From the human T2T-CHM13v2.0 reference genome, Homo sapiens: a stretch of DNA of 64,000 bases. A program made the translations under genes and the position numbers. The first letter of the stretch is position 1, and every line of letters begins with the position of its first letter. Below, piece after piece: positions 29,301 to 43,839 of the stretch. Where the stretch lies: assembly GCF_009914755.1 (NCBI RefSeq), contig NC_060947.1; one strand, given 5' to 3'. The notes under the pieces were generated by a model. The model was not told the origin of the DNA, did not search any database, and worked only from the letters and a program-made list of their open reading frames with translations.

Positions 29301-29455
29301 TGAAGTACCTGGAATGTGGATGGCTTATGATTCTTTTTTATATCATGAGTATAAGTGGAGAGACAAGTAGAATAAATGAGAAAGGATGATTTCTTAAGGT
29401 TTTTTTTAGCCCTTGATGTTATAAAAATATTTTTCCCCAGGGAACATAGCTTCAC

Positions 29456-29545
29456 TTTAATTTATTTTTTATTGTTACATAATATTTGCACATATTTATG
29501 GAGTACATGTGATGTTTTGTGGCATGCATAGAATGTGTAATGATT
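29456..29545 (-). mobile_element. L1MA-type 3' terminal fragment
   Basis: tttattgttacataatatttgcacatatttatggagtacatgtgat...gcatagaatgtgtaatgat. Confidence 0.7.
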
Positions 29546-29589
29546 ATAATTCTCTTCTTAAAACTGTATATGTTCCAAGCTAAGGTTCT

Positions 29590-32500
29590 CTTTCTTTCTT
29601 TTCCTTTTCTATATTTAAGTTCTGAGATACATGTGCAGAACGTTGAGGTTTGTTACATAGGTATACATGTGCCATGGTGGTATGCTGCACCCATCGACCC
29701 GTCATCTACAGTAGGTATTTCTCCTAATGCTATCCCTCCCCTAGCCCCACAACCCCCCGACAGGCCCTGGTGTATGATGTTCCCCTCTCTGTGTCCATGT
29801 GTTCTCATTGTTCAACTCCCACTTATGAGTGAGAACATGCAGTGTTTGGTTTTCTGTTCTTGTGTTAGTTTGCTGAGAATGATGTTTTCCAGCTTCATCC
29901 ATATGCCTGCAAAGGGCATGAACTAATCCTTTTTTATGGCTGCATAGTATTCCATGGTGTATATGTGCCACATTTTCTTTATCCAGTCTATCATTGATGG
30001 GCATTTGGGTTGGTTCCAAGTCTTTGCTACTGTGAACAGTGCCACAATAAACATATGGGTGCGTGTGTCTTTATAGTAGAATGATTTATAATACCTTGGG
30101 CACATGCCCAGTACTGCGATTGCTGGGTCAAATGGTATTTCTGGTTCTAGATCCTTGAGGAATTGCCACACTCTCTTCCACAATGGTTGAACTAATTTAC
30201 ACTCCCACCAGTAGTGTAAAAGCCTTCCTATTTCTCCACATCCTCTCTAGCATCTGTTGTTTCCTGACTTTTTAATGATTGCCATTCTAATTGGCATGAG
30301 ATAGTATCTCATTGTGGTTTTGATTTGCATTTCCCTAATGACCAGTGATAATGAGCTTTTTTTAATATGTTTCTTGGTTACATAAATGTCATCTTTTGAG
30401 AAGTGTCTGTTCATATCTTTTGCCTACTTTTTGATGGGGTTTTTTTTTTCTTGTAAATTTGTTTAAGTTATTTGTGGGTTCTAGATATTAGCCCTTTGTC
30501 AGATGGATAGATTGCAAAAATTTTCTCCCATTCTGTAGGTTGCCTGTTCAATCTGATGATAGTATCTTTTGCTGTGCAGGAGCTCTTTAGTTTAATTAGA
30601 TCCCGTTTGTGAATTTTGGCTTTTGTTGCCATACTGCTTTCGGTGTTTTAGTCATGAAGTCTTTGCCTATGCCTGTGTCCTGAATGGTATTGCCTAGGTT
30701 TTCTTCTAGGGTTTTTATGGTTTTAGGTCTTACATTTAAGTCTTCAATCCATCTTGAGTTAATTTTTGTATAAGGCGTAAAGAAGAGAACTAGTTTCAGC
30801 TTTGTGCCTATGGCTAGCCAGTTTTCCCAACACCATTTATTAAATAAGGAATCCTTTCCCCATTGCTTATTTTTGTCAGGTTTGTCAAAGATCAGATGGT
30901 TGTAGATGTGTGGTATTATTTCTGAGGGCTCTGTTCTGTTCCATTTGTCTGTATATCTGTTTTGGTACCAGTACTATGCTATTTTGGTTACTATAGCCTT
31001 GTAGTATTGTTTGAAGTCAGGTAGCATGAAACCTCCAGCTTTGTTCTTTTTGCTTAGGATTGTCTTGGCTATGCGGGCTCTTTTTGATTCCATATGAAAT
31101 TTAAAGCAGTTTTTTCCAATTCTGTGAAGAAAGTCAGTGTTAGCTTGATGGGGATAGCATTGAATCTATAAATTACTTTGATCAGTATGGCCATTTTCAT
31201 GATACTGATTCTTCCTATCCATGAGCATGGAATGTTTTTCCATTTGTTTGTGTCCTCTCTTATGTCCTTGAGCAGTGGTTTGTAATTCTCCTTGAAGAGG
31301 TCCTTCACATCCCTTGTAAGTTGGATTCCTAGGTATTTTATTCTCTTTGTAGCAATTGTGAATGGGAGTTCACTCATGATCTGGCTCTCTGTTTGTCTGT
31401 TATTGGTGTATAGGAATGCTTGTGATTTTTGCACATTGATTTATTATCCTGAGAGTTTGCTGAAGTTGCTCATCAGGTTAAGGAGATTTTGGGCTGAGAC
31501 AATGGGGTTTTCTAAATATGCAATCATGTTATCTGGAAACAGAGACAATTTGACTTCCTCTTTTCCTGATTGAATACCCTTTATTTCTTTCTCTTGCCTG
31601 ATTGCCCTAGCCAGAACATCCAATATTATGTTGAATAGGAGTGGTAAGAGAGGGCATCCTTGCCTTCTGCCAGTTTTCAAAGGGAATGCTTCCAGTTTTT
31701 GCCCATTCAGTATGACATTGCCTGTGGGTTTGTCATAGATAGCTCTTATTATTTTGAGATACATTCCATGAATACCTAGTATATTGAGAATTTTTAGCAT
31801 GAAGGGCTGTTGAATTTTGTCAAATGCCTTTTCTGCATCTATCGAGATAATCATATATTTTTTGTCTTTGGTTCTGTTTATGTGATGGATTATATTTATT
31901 GATTTGTGTATGTTGAACTAGCCTTACATCCCAGGGATGAAGCCAACTTGATCGTGGTGGATAAGCTTTTCGATGTGCTGCTGGATTTAGTTTGCCAGTA
32001 TTTTATTGAGGATTTTTGCATCAATGTTCATCATGGATATTGACCTGAAATTTTCTTCTTTTGTTGTCTCTCTGCCAGGTTTTGGTATCAGGATGATGCT
32101 GGCCTCATAAAATGAGTTAGGGAGGATTCTCTCTCTTTCTGTTGTTTGGAATAGTTTCAGAAGGAATGGTACCAGCTCCTATTTGTACCTCAGATAGAAT
32201 TTGGCTGTGAATCTGTCCGGTCCTGGACATTTTTTGGTTGGTAGGCTATTAGTTACTGCCTCAGTTTCAGAAATTGTTATTCATCTATTCAGGGATTTGA
32301 CTTCTTCCTTGGGAGAGTGTATGTGTCCAGGAATTTTTTCATTTCTTCTAGATTTTCCAGTTTATTTGCGTAGAGGTGTTTATAGTATTCTCTGATGGTA
32401 GTTTGTATCTCTCTGGGATCAGTGGTGATATCCCCTTTATCATTTGTATTGTGTCTATTTGATTCTTCTTTCTTTTCTTCTTTATTAGTCTGTCTAGTGG

Positions 32501-32606
32501 TCTATCTATTTGTTGATCTTTAAAAAAAACCAGCTGCTGGATCCATTGATTTTTGGAAAGATTTTTGTGTCTATCTCCTTCAGTTCTGCTCTGATCTTAG
32601 TTATTT
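29590..32606 (-). mobile_element. 5'-truncated L1PA7-like element (about 3 kb)
   Basis: ORF2 RT fragments ([25 protein letters not shown]), FADD degraded to FPDN. 3'UTR of the gatacatgtgcagaacgt...cataggtatacatgtgccatggtgg type. Confidence 0.96.
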
Positions 32607-35271
32607 AAGGATTGTAGGACAAATGCTTGTCTATCACAAGAAAACATTTTTATTAACTGAAAATTAACTGTAGATTTAATAAATTTGAACTCGGAGATTT
32701 TAAAAAAATACTTATGCAAGTGAGTCAGATTTTGTTTTTAAGGGGAAGGAGTGATTGTCCCTCAAAGGAAAATTATTGACCACTTCTATCACACTTTTAT
32801 GTTTCTGAATTGTTCTTTGAGAGAGAATAGCTTTTAAAAACATCAAAAACTCTAGATCTTAACAATCTAAGGACCCAAAACCTTTCAGTGTACAATTATA
32901 GTATTATTGAAAAATAGAGAAGAATGCAAAGAGGTTGCATAATTGAGTATAATAAAGAGTAACATAATAGAGAGTGGAGAGGGAGTAAGAGCTGAGTATG
33001 AGCAAAATAGAACTAGTAGGTGAGAGGCCATGGGCAAGTAGAAACATGTCTAGCAATAAAAGTAAAAAGAAGAAAAAACCATAAAATAGAAAACAAAGGT
33101 AAGAGGAAGACTGTTTACGGTAGGAAGTTTGGAAAAAAGTGACTAAGAGCAAAAACATTGCTGACACCAGTGCATTGCACATGTTCCAGCAAATAGTGGA
33201 CTGCAATTAACAAAGCTGATTCTCACCTGTTCTTAGGTAAGCTACTGAATGCAACACAAAGGGTTACTAAGAGAGGCCTCTTGACCAAAAGTGGTTCCCC
33301 CCACTACGTGTGCCTGGAATTCCCACAATTAGACTCTTTCTTTGAGTTAAGGCTTGGCATTTTCAGAAGTCATCTCTTAAAGGGCAATTTAAATAGACTG
33401 GAAGGGTTAAAATACATAGAGCTTTAATATCTGCTATGAACTCTTCATAGATTGGTCTTTCAGAATACTTTTAAATGTGCCAGCTACCCAAGAGGAGCAA
33501 AGCACTGCATGATCTGAACTGTCTAGCCTCATCTCTTCCTAATCCCTACCTTCTTATTACACTCTAGCCATGAATGAACACATCATGGTTATTTGTTATC
33601 CTGTGACTTTTTATGTGCATTCCTTCGCTCAGTATGCCTTCCTCCTACCTTTCTATCAACTGCAGCTCAAAAAGCATCTCCTCTGTGAAGCCTCACTTCA
33701 GTTGCCTTCTCTTGTACTTCCATAGCAATTTACATATGCCTTACTTTGAGCAGTATTGTTGATGTATTATAAATAGTGGTTTCAGTATTTGTGTTCCTCT
33801 CTAGACCACAGTTTCATATCCATAAACCAAACTATGCTTATTCCATAATCACACGAATCACCTAGTAAGGCAGTACTGTGTTTAACATAGTTTAACCTCT
33901 CTGCACCTCAGTTTTGTCATTTAAAAACCAGGGATAACAACAACGATAACAAATAGTATTATTGAGAGATTTAAATAAAATAATGCATGCAAGTGATATT
34001 ACCTTAGTCCATTAGATATTTCAAGCCTAAATATATGGAAAAATACGAAAGAAAGGAGTTAGGAAATTTGAATACTATTTGGGGTTCCTGCACTAACTCA
34101 CTTTTCATTCCCAGCAAATTACCAAGGCCCTTGTTTTTTTCTATTTCCAACACGCACTGCCAAGATATTGATCTCTTACATTCCCTATGTAACTATTGAG
34201 TTTAAATAGAAAGAGTAACCTAAAAGGAGATTGGAGCCTCTCAGAGTGAGATAGCTAAGAAATACCAGGTGTTGCTATGGCTGAGAAATTGCCAGTCATC
34301 TTTATCACAGTTGTTGCCAATTCTTGAGGGCTTACTTATAATGTGTCCATGCACTAGGCCAAGTATTTTGTTTATGGTTCTCTATTTTTAGTCAATTATA
34401 AACCAAGGTTGGTTTGTCACTGGGCAGGCATGCAATGGGAGTATTTAAGTACAGAATTGAGTAGCCTGGGAGAATATGGCTGTATTCTTTAGTAGCATGT
34501 TTTGCTTTCTTGCAGAATATATTTTTTCTTTTCTTCCTTTGTTTACAGAAATCTGAAGAAAACCATACCTTCAACTATTGTGTGAAGTTTATGTCATATC
34601 TAGAAGCTAGTTCATGGAAAAAGCTACAAAAATTGAAACACTAGCTCTATAAAAATCAGCCATAAGTGCCTTCTTACTGGAATGAGATTACTAAGGTATA
34701 ATTAGTAGTAACACATATATTAGCAATTAGAAAGTCAGTAGAATTGAGGCATGAACAAAAGACCATCTGTTATGAGAGAAATATCCAACCCTCATAATCA
34801 GTAGGTAATAGATACTCTGTTCTTGAAACATAACAGTTAAAGGATAACAAAGGAATGTCTTATTGCTTGCTAAAAAATACTCTTGGGAATTCCCCAAAAA
34901 GAGCTACACTGTAATAGTAGAAGTTCTGATTTTTAAAAATTGAGCTAGAAATAAATCTGGCAACAATTTTTCTCTAACCTTATCCTGATGTTCAGGGACT
35001 CCCTCAAAAGTAATTATAGAACTCAACTGTTCATTTTTAACTAAAGTGATTTCTGGTTATGATTAAAATAAACTTTGAATTTAAAATCTCTCTAACTCAT
35101 ATATAAAATTCATATAAAGGATATTTGGTTTGCCTCCTGAATATAGGAATCATAAGAGACCCTGGAGATCAGGGGAAAGGTCCCAGATTTTGGAGCCAAA
35201 GAAACCTGAAACCTGAGTATTAAAGTTCTGCCTTACCCATCTCATGTGCAATGTGTGGCCCTAGGAACTGA

Positions 35272-35564
35272 TTGTGTTTTTGTTGTTGTTGTTTTTAGAT
35301 GGGGTTTCCCTGTTACTCAGGCTGGAGTGCAGTGGCTCAAACTATTGTGCTCAGGTGATTCTTCTGCCTCAGCCTCCTGAGCAGCTAGAACTGCAGGTGT
35401 GTGCCACTACAGCCAGCTATTTTTAAAATTTTTTGTAGAGATTGGTGGGGGGGAGGGTCTCACCATGTTTCCTAGGCTAGTCTTGAACTCCTGGCCTCAA
35501 AAGATTCTTTCATCTCTGCCTCCAAAAGAGCTAGGATTATAGGCGTGTATCACTGGGCCCGACC
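35272..35564 (-). mobile_element. Alu (AluJ-like, internally deleted) inserted in a MIR
   Basis: caggctggagtgcagtggc ... gtcttgaactcctggcctcaa. MIR sequence on both flanks (tgtggccctagg / cttaacctc...ctgtaaaatggaagtaataatag). Confidence 0.9.
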
Positions 35565-38399
35565 TAGGCAGTGTCTTAACCTCGTTAAAACTTAATTTCC
35601 TTCTCTGTAAAATGGAAGTAATAATAGTTCCTAGCTCAGAGTGTTATTGTAAGTTTTAAAGGAAATAGTGCAGTCAAGCATTTAGCAGCTTCTGCTGCTG
35701 TTGTTGTGACAGACAGAATTCTGGACAGGGTGGACCAGGGATTTACATTGAATGACAGTCTGATGTCTTTATTTCATGGAGACAGATTGGTCTAGCATCT
35801 GTAAAGTGAGGATTCATAACATTAGTACTTACTACATAAGGCTATGAAAATGCAAATTGATTATATATGTAAAACCTGCATAGTGCCTGGCATGTATGTA
35901 GTAAGGGCTCAATGAATGTTAGAAACTATTGTTATGTTTTGGCACAGTGTCTGGCACCTAGGCTCTCAATATGTGTTAGCTCTTATTGCTATCTCTGGGA
36001 ATCTAGTAATTATCAGGTGACAGAGATGCCCCAGCATTGTCTAGTGTTTTGGGAAACCCCACACTTCTCATGGACTTGAACAGTAACTCAGCAAGGTGGA
36101 CAGAGGACTGAAAAAATAAATGACACCTCTTATATAATGTATATTAGATAAGGGAGAATGAAGACTTTATGCTAAATTAGGTGACTAGGCATACGTTTAA
36201 AGATATTCCATCCCTGCTTTAGCATATCCATTTATTTTCACATAATTTATCATGGTTATTTGAACAGTGTCAGCAGGTTTCTAAGACAAAGCCACACTGC
36301 AAAATCAGTTGGCATCTGGTTTCTCTTCAGTTCTAATCTGATTACCAGATCTAACTTAAGGAGATAGACTTGAATTATTTCCAGAGAATCCATGTAAACA
36401 TTCCAGAAATCCCTTGAGATGTACTTAAGTGAAAGTTCTGGTTTGCATCCAATTGTAATGCAAGGTCAGGGTCTCCAACACAAATGTCATTTCAATCTTT
36501 TAGTGATTATTCTTTCAGTAGGAGCATGGATATTAGTTCTAGGGTGCTGTGGCTCTAGGGCCATCTGAAGGGCTGTGTGGGTCAGGGAAAATTACACTGA
36601 GGAATTGTCCTACATATTTTTATCTCCATGAAATCAGGTTAAAAGAAGAACGAAAAGAGATCAGTGAGATGGAGGGAAAGCCCATTCTTAGGTATGCTGC
36701 TCGGAGTTTATGGGTGGCCGTGGGGCTTATATACATATAAGCTCAAGAATTATAGACCGCTCTGCTGTTTGCCTCACTGGGTCACTTCTCAGTCCATCAG
36801 CAGTGCAATTCTTCCCAAAACACCAGCCAGCACTGACAACATCTCTGCCCTGAGTAATTATTTAGTGTACAGGGGAATTCTCAGGATATCGATTGTTTCA
36901 GGAGACTCAGATATCTATGATGTTAACCCATTTTCATTTGCCATAACTATGCCTACTCTATTAAGTTTACTTGTTCTTTAGGTGTTTTTGATTATGACTA
37001 GGATTGGACTGCCCAAAACAATACGTGGGTATTTGCCTATGATAAGCTAACTTGAACCTTCTTATTTCTTCCCTTTCTTTCTGCCTTCCTTTTTACCCCA
37101 TTTATTCAAATAGTAAATAATATTTGAGCATATGCTTACCATATGACAGAAAGGCAGAATATAGAGCTGGAGATACATAATGGCAATCAATGCATGCATA
37201 GCCCTTGCCCTTAGACAATACATTTAGGGTGTGAGCATTCACATCAACCATATAAATTGTAGGAATTGGTAAGTGTATGGAGGTAATGCTTAATGTATAC
37301 TTCTGAACCCTCTGTATATTGTTCTTATCCTTCATAAGATTTATGTCAGTTCTCATTTCCCATGAGAAAAATTTTAAAAATATAAAGAAAATATAGAATT
37401 AGATGCAGCATCCCATACATTATGTATATACATATATACACACATTATATATATCTATAGATAAATTTATTTTTTAACATACAGATTTGAAATATTTATA
37501 GACTAAGTTTACTGAAACTCTTGTAAAGCTAGGCAGCCTAGCACTTAGAAGGATGAGGGGATGTAAGAAATGTGACTGTTTCCAAACAATTCTCTTATTC
37601 TCATTTTGCTCTCAGAGAAAATAAAGAAGAATCAGATTGTATAATTTCTGAAGATTCTGCTATTTTATTTTTAAGTGCCTCTTTTCTAAAGGATTCACAG
37701 TCACACGTATTAAATGACTTAAAGACACATCCTTCTCTCCTCTGTCTCAATGAATAGTTTGGTCAAGAACCAGAAGAAGTTTAAAACTTAACACTCTAGG
37801 TTACTGAGGAAGTTTGAAGAGTCTTTTCTTGGATATCCCAGGCTCCTTGACTTTCAGCTCTGTGATTTTTCATGGGTGCTAACCACACAGATAGTTGGCA
37901 TGAGACTGTCTTGTTAAATAGGATGTGAGAGACATTGAAAGCTTCCCCCACCAGCCTCCTCAGAGGTAGAGATGCCCTCCCCTATTACAGTGGCTCCTTT
38001 GGGGCCTCTGGAAGACTGTATTTAAATTTCAAATATCTGCTCTTAGAGGGCTGCGTTACACTGTTCTGTCTCATGGAGGAAATGGTTAGTGGGCAAGCAG
38101 ATTTTCTCTTGTGGAGAATGGCTCAGAAAGGGTCCAAAACCTGTGAAATGCCTTCAGGTGGATTTCTACAGTTTAAGATCGGAAGATTCTAAGGCTGCTG
38201 AATCTTGGTACTTCTTGATAGCAGCTGTGAAGCAGAGATGTATATACATGAAAATGAAAAACATAAGGCACTAGATGAAAGAGAAATTGGTGTAGAAAGG
38301 AGATAGAATGTTAGTGACCTAATATAACCCTTCCCTATTTTATAATTTTGTCGGTCTGACACTGCCTTCCTGTAAAGAGCTAATCACAATATAAGGATT

Positions 38400-38870
38400 A
38401 GCATTCTCAAGTTATCTGCTCCACTTGACTGTGAGTCCTTTGAAAGTAGGAACCCCAATTTTAGTTGCTTTGTATCACTTGCTCCTAGGTCTTGCCTGAT
38501 ATATAATAAATGTTCAGCAAATGCTGGGTTAAAAAAAAAAGGAATGTCATTTCAGGGGTCTGAAACTTTCGAATCTTCTCTCACATTCTTTATTTTGGTC
38601 AAAGGTCTTATCAGATGTCTTCCCTGATCACCCTATCTAAAATTACACCATCGTGCTCCAGCCTCTTGTTTTATTTTGCTATCTAGCAGTTATAACTATC
38701 TGAAGTTATACTATATGATTAATTCTTATTCTGTTTATTATCTGTCTTCTCTGATATAATCTAATACTCTTAATGGCAGAAACCTTGTGTACGTGTGTAC
38801 TGCTGCATCTCCAGTACCTAGAACAGTGTCCAACACAAAATAGCATCTCAAAAAATATTTTTGAAGAGTG
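38400..38870 (+). mobile_element. Two adjacent L2 3' fragments
   Basis: gactgtgagtcctttgaaagtaggaacc; cttccctgatcaccctatctaaaattacacc ... gcatctccagtacctagaacagtgtccaacaca. Confidence 0.7.
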
Positions 38871-41487
38871 TGCCAAGAGCTTGAGGATGTTCTTCCAAGT
38901 GGTTTTGCTGCATTAATTTTTGTTATATTTGGATTCCAAATAATATCAGATATGTTTGGAAGATAATATTAAACATAGATGCTTAGGGAAAGAAAAATCT
39001 CTTTTAATTCTAGGTTTAATTGCTCCAAATAGTCAATAAAGTGGTAAGAAGAATAAAAAAGTAGAATAGACATTTAATAAGAAAGCCTTTTGGCAACATA
39101 AGTATATTATATTTTACTCTTATCGGGGCAGGTGGTTTTTGTAAGTACTTGTTTATTTCAAAAGGGTGGTATTATTTGAATTAATTCACTAGTTAAAATT
39201 CTCAGAGCCTAAAAGTGATTTTTTCCATTTCAATTATCTTTATTTTCTAAAATATTTTCAAAGACAGTGGCTTCATGCTGAGGATAGAGGATGTAGTTGA
39301 AGAACTGTATGTAGCTCATGATTAACTGAAACTCTGTGAAATGAGCCTCTTCATGTATTTGGCAATTATTATACTTCTTTAAAATATGATTCAAAAGATA
39401 GAAATAATATTTTACAACATAAAGATCATTTGTCTTGTTTTATTGTATGTTCTGCATCTAACAGTTCACTTAACGAGAATAGTCCCTTGTGTCAAATTCA
39501 AATTCTCATTTGGCACTTTTCCTATACAAATTGCTTTCTGCCCATCATACAATTTTGCTTTGAAGCATTCTGGCAATGGGTGATATAGGGAGACTTAGAA
39601 CCAAATTCTGCTTTTAATATGGAACTGGAAACAGTCCTTTCATCTTCCAGGTGATCTTTATATCATATGTATACAACACTTTCTTTTTCAAAAGTCTACC
39701 CTCTGGATTCAGCTATGATAACTATCGAGCACAGATAATTAAGAACTTAGGCTCTTACAATGTTTAAAGTAGCCCAAGAGAGCATAGAAGTTCTGTTCTT
39801 AGAGGTTCAGAAACAGGTGAGGACTGATGGTAACAAAGGTTGTGAAAATTCGACATTGCTGGTTTTGTTGTTTAGGGCAAGTGGCAGTCTCTGAAATATT
39901 TACTGGTTGAGCAGAGAATATTTGTTATACTTCTCCAATCAAAAGAGAAAAGAGGAATTGTTACCAATAACTGAAAGCTTTTACAACTCTCTAACTTCCT
40001 TATAAGGTATAGCTTCTGGGAGATGTGTTGGGCAGACTTCAGTAAAAGAAGATAGCATGTTTATGTTGACAGAGATGGGTCAGTTACAGATTTGTCCAGG
40101 GATTCTCATTAGTTGTTATCTTTCTGTTAACTTCTTTCCAACTTCTGATGTATGAGTACAGTTGTTACAGTGTTTTTCACAATTTTCTTTTGTTTTCTTG
40201 ATTAATTTTTTTTTTTTGGATAGAAATACATTTTCTATGCCTACTTATAGCAAGTCAGGCTTTGTCTTTCTGAACCATTTTCTCTGTGGTGACATTTGGA
40301 AATGAACTTACAACGTTTTCCACTGTGTATTGTAGGGGGATTATTATAGACAAAAACTCTTTTAAGATACCTTTTTTTGTTCCTGCTTAGAACTATTATC
40401 AGTTTCACAAACTCTTTAGTCTTCTTGTCTTAGGTAGGATCAAGGAAGAAAAGAGGGAAGTTTCAAAATACTTTTTCTAGTTCTCCCTGCTTATTATCAC
40501 AGGAGAAAGTTAAAACTTTGTTACAAGTAAATCCTTTAATATAATTTTATTTGAACACTTATAGCACTACTTATTGGGCAACCATGTGGTTAGAACCAGC
40601 TTTTTTGTTTTTTGTAAAACAGAATTGAAGTTGAAACAATTACTTCTGCCCTCTAAATAATTAGACTGCTATACTCTCCTCAAAGTATAAGCTGATTAGA
40701 CTTTATCTTTGACTTCAGTGTGTTTCTGGCCTGCCGCTAAATGTCAAATTAATCTTAAACGCCCATAGGATTAATGTTGAAAATTGTTACACATTTTTTA
40801 TTCATTCATCAATATTGCAATATACTCCCTTTTTCCTCTTTTTGGGTATGGGGCTGTAAAGTTTATTTGATTTCTTAAAGCACAAAGAACCTCATTGATC
40901 TCAACATAAAACTTATTATGTTACTGCAAAATAAACATGAAAATAACATTGAAAAACTGTGTTCATATATTATTTATAAGAAAAAGCCATTTGTAAATGC
41001 CTGTCAGTGTTTCTTGTAGTGCTTCCCTTTTTAAGGAATCCATTAACCATGATATTGTTTTATATTTGACAAAAACTATTTTATGGAAGAAAAGAGTGTT
41101 GTTTAAGTAACTGCAGCTGTTTCTGCAGTCCAGGTGGGAAGAATAAAGACATCTGGTTTGTTTGAGGAAACACATTAATGAGTCTTTCAGTTATGAAAGA
41201 AAGGCCCTGAGCATAGGGTAGAGGTTGAAATAAATGGGAACTAATTGATTTTCCCATGAAGATAACAACATTTTGAATTTTCTACCAGACAGCAAAAAAG
41301 ACAAGAGTTGGGACCAGGAATCTGCGGAAAAGCATTGATGGGGGAATGGGCTCCAGAAACATGATAGCTGGCCAGCACTGGAATACAACCATGAGAAGAA
41401 CTGAAGCCCGATAGTCAATGTCTACTAGTTGTTACCTGCTCTGTGCAGCAATCTTCCTCAGTTAGGCTAACCTTTAGTGAAAGCCTA

Positions 41488-43839
41488 CAGGTTTGGGTAC
41501 CCTTTATGTGAAATGCTTGGGACCAGAAGTGTTTTGAATTTTGGATTTTTTAAAATTTTGGAATATTTGCATTATATTTACTGGTTGAATCCCTAATCTG
41601 AAAACCTGAATTCTGAAATGCTCTAATGAGCATTTCCTTTGAGCATCATGCAGGTGCTCAAAAGTTTCAGATTTTGGAAGAAGTAAAATTATACTGCTTT
41701 GCAGATAATATAATCTTATATTTGAAAAAAATTAAAGACTCCACCAAAAAACTATTAGAACTGATAAATTCAGTAAAGCTGCAGGATACAAAATCAATAT
41801 TTTAAAAAATCAGTAACATTTCTATATGCCAATATTGAACAATCTGTAAAACAAAAAAGTAATTCTGTTTACAATAGCCACAGATAAAATTAAATACCTA
41901 GGAATTAACCAAAGAAATGAAAGATCTCCATAATGAAAACTGTAAAACACTGATGAAAGAAATTGAAGAGGACACCAAAAAATGGAAAGATATTCCATGT
42001 TCATGGATTAGAAGAATCAATATTGTTAAAATGTTTATACTACCCAAAGCAATATACAGATTAAATGCAACCCCTATAAAAATACCAATGACATTCTTCA
42101 CAGAAATAGAAAAAAAATCCTAAAATTTATATGGAACCACAAAAGACTAAGAATATCCAAAGCTATTCTAATGGAAGAATCACATTATCTGACTTCAAAT
42201 TATATAACCAAGCAATAGTAACCAAAACATCATGGTACCGGCATAAACACAGATACATAGAATAATGAAATAGAATAGAGAACCCAAAACAAAATCCACA
42301 TACCTACAGTGAACTCATTTTCGACAAAGATGCCAAAAGCATACACTGGGGAAAAGACAGTCTCTTCAACAAATGGTGCTGGGAAGACGATATCCATATG
42401 CAGAAGAGAGAAACTAGGCCCCTGTCTCTCACCATATACAAAAATCAAATCAAAATGGAATAAAGACTTAAATCTAAGACCACAAACTATGAAACTGATA
42501 CAAGAAAACATTGGAGAAAATCTCCAGGACCTTGGTCAGGGCAAAAATTTCTTGAGCAATACCTGACAAGTAAATGCAACCAAAGCAAAAATGGACGAAT
42601 AGGATCACATCAAGTTAAAAAGCTTCTGCACACTAAAGGAAACAATCGTCAAAGTGAAGAGACAACCCACAGAATGGGAGAAAATAATTTAAAACTACCC
42701 ATCTGAGAAGGATTAATAACCACAATATAAAAGGATTTCAAACAACTCTATAGGGAAAAAATCTAACAATATGAGCTAATAAAAAATAGGCAAATGATTT
42801 GAATAGACATTTCCCAAAAGAAGACATACAAATGAGAAACAGGCATATGAAAAGGTGCTCAACATCATTGATCATCAGAGAAATGCAAATCAAAACTACA
42901 ATGAGACATCATCTCACCCCAGTTAGAATGGCTTATATCCAAAATACATGAAATAACAAATGCTGGTGAGGATGTGGAGAAAAGGGAACCCTTGTATACT
43001 GCTGGTGGGAATGTATATTAGTATAACCACTATGAAGAACAGTTGGGAAGTTCCTCAAAAAACTAAAAATTGAGTTACCATATGATCCAGCAATCTCACT
43101 GCTGGGCACATACCCAAAAGAAAGGAAATCAGTATATTGAAGAGATATCTGCACACCTGTGTTTGTTGCAGCACTGCTTACAATAGCTAAGATTTGGAAA
43201 CAACTTAAGTGTCCATCAGCAGGTGAATGGATAAAGAAAATGTGGCACATATACACAATAGAGCACTATTCAGCCATCAAAAAGAATGAGATCCAGTCAT
43301 TTGCAGCAACATGGATGGAACTGGAGGACATTATGTTAAGTAAAATAAGCCAGGCACAGAAAGACAAATATCACGTGTTCTCACCTATGGGATCTAAAAA
43401 TGAAAACAACTGAACTCATGGACATAGAGAGTAGAAGTACGGTTACCAGAGACTGGGAAGGGTGGTGGAGAGCTGGCTGGAAGCTGGGGATGGTTAATGG
43501 GTACAAAAAATAGTTAGAAAGAATGAATAAGACCTACTATTTGATAGCACAACAGAGTGACTATAGTCAATAATAACTTAATTGTACATATAAAAATAAC
43601 TACAAGACTGTAATTAGATTTATTTGTAATATAAAAGATTAATGCTTGATGGGATAGATATCCTATTCTCCATGATGTGCTTATTTCATAGTACATGCCT
43701 GTATCAAAACATCTCATGTATCCCGTAAGTATATACACCTACTATGTACCCAATCAAATTGAAAATTAAATTTTTTTAAAAGTTTTGGATTTTGGAGCAT
43801 TTCAGATTTTGCATTTTTGTATTAGGAACATTCAACCTG
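41488..43839. mobile_element. Tigger4a (MER46/Zombi) split by an L1 insertion; halves at 41488-41678 and 43778-43839
   Basis: TA-flanked CAGGTT...AACCTG ends, internal gaaatgcttgggaccagaagtgtttt and gagcatttcctttgagc. Confidence 0.88.
41679..43777 (+). mobile_element. 5'-truncated L1MA/L1PB-type element
   Basis: Degenerate ORF2 ([18 protein letters not shown]), 3'UTR gggatggttaatgggtacaaaaaatagttagaaagaatgaataagacc. 19-bp TSD at 41660-41678 and 43778-43796. Confidence 0.93.

Noticed and set aside
31292-31573. Recurrent 93-aa [18 protein letters not shown] (also 46221..46502)
   Set aside because: Antisense frame of L1 ORF2; it recurs only because the repeat recurs.
34515-34549. Strong plus-strand splice acceptor
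   Set aside because: No convincing paired donor; such pyrimidine tracts are common in T-rich DNA.
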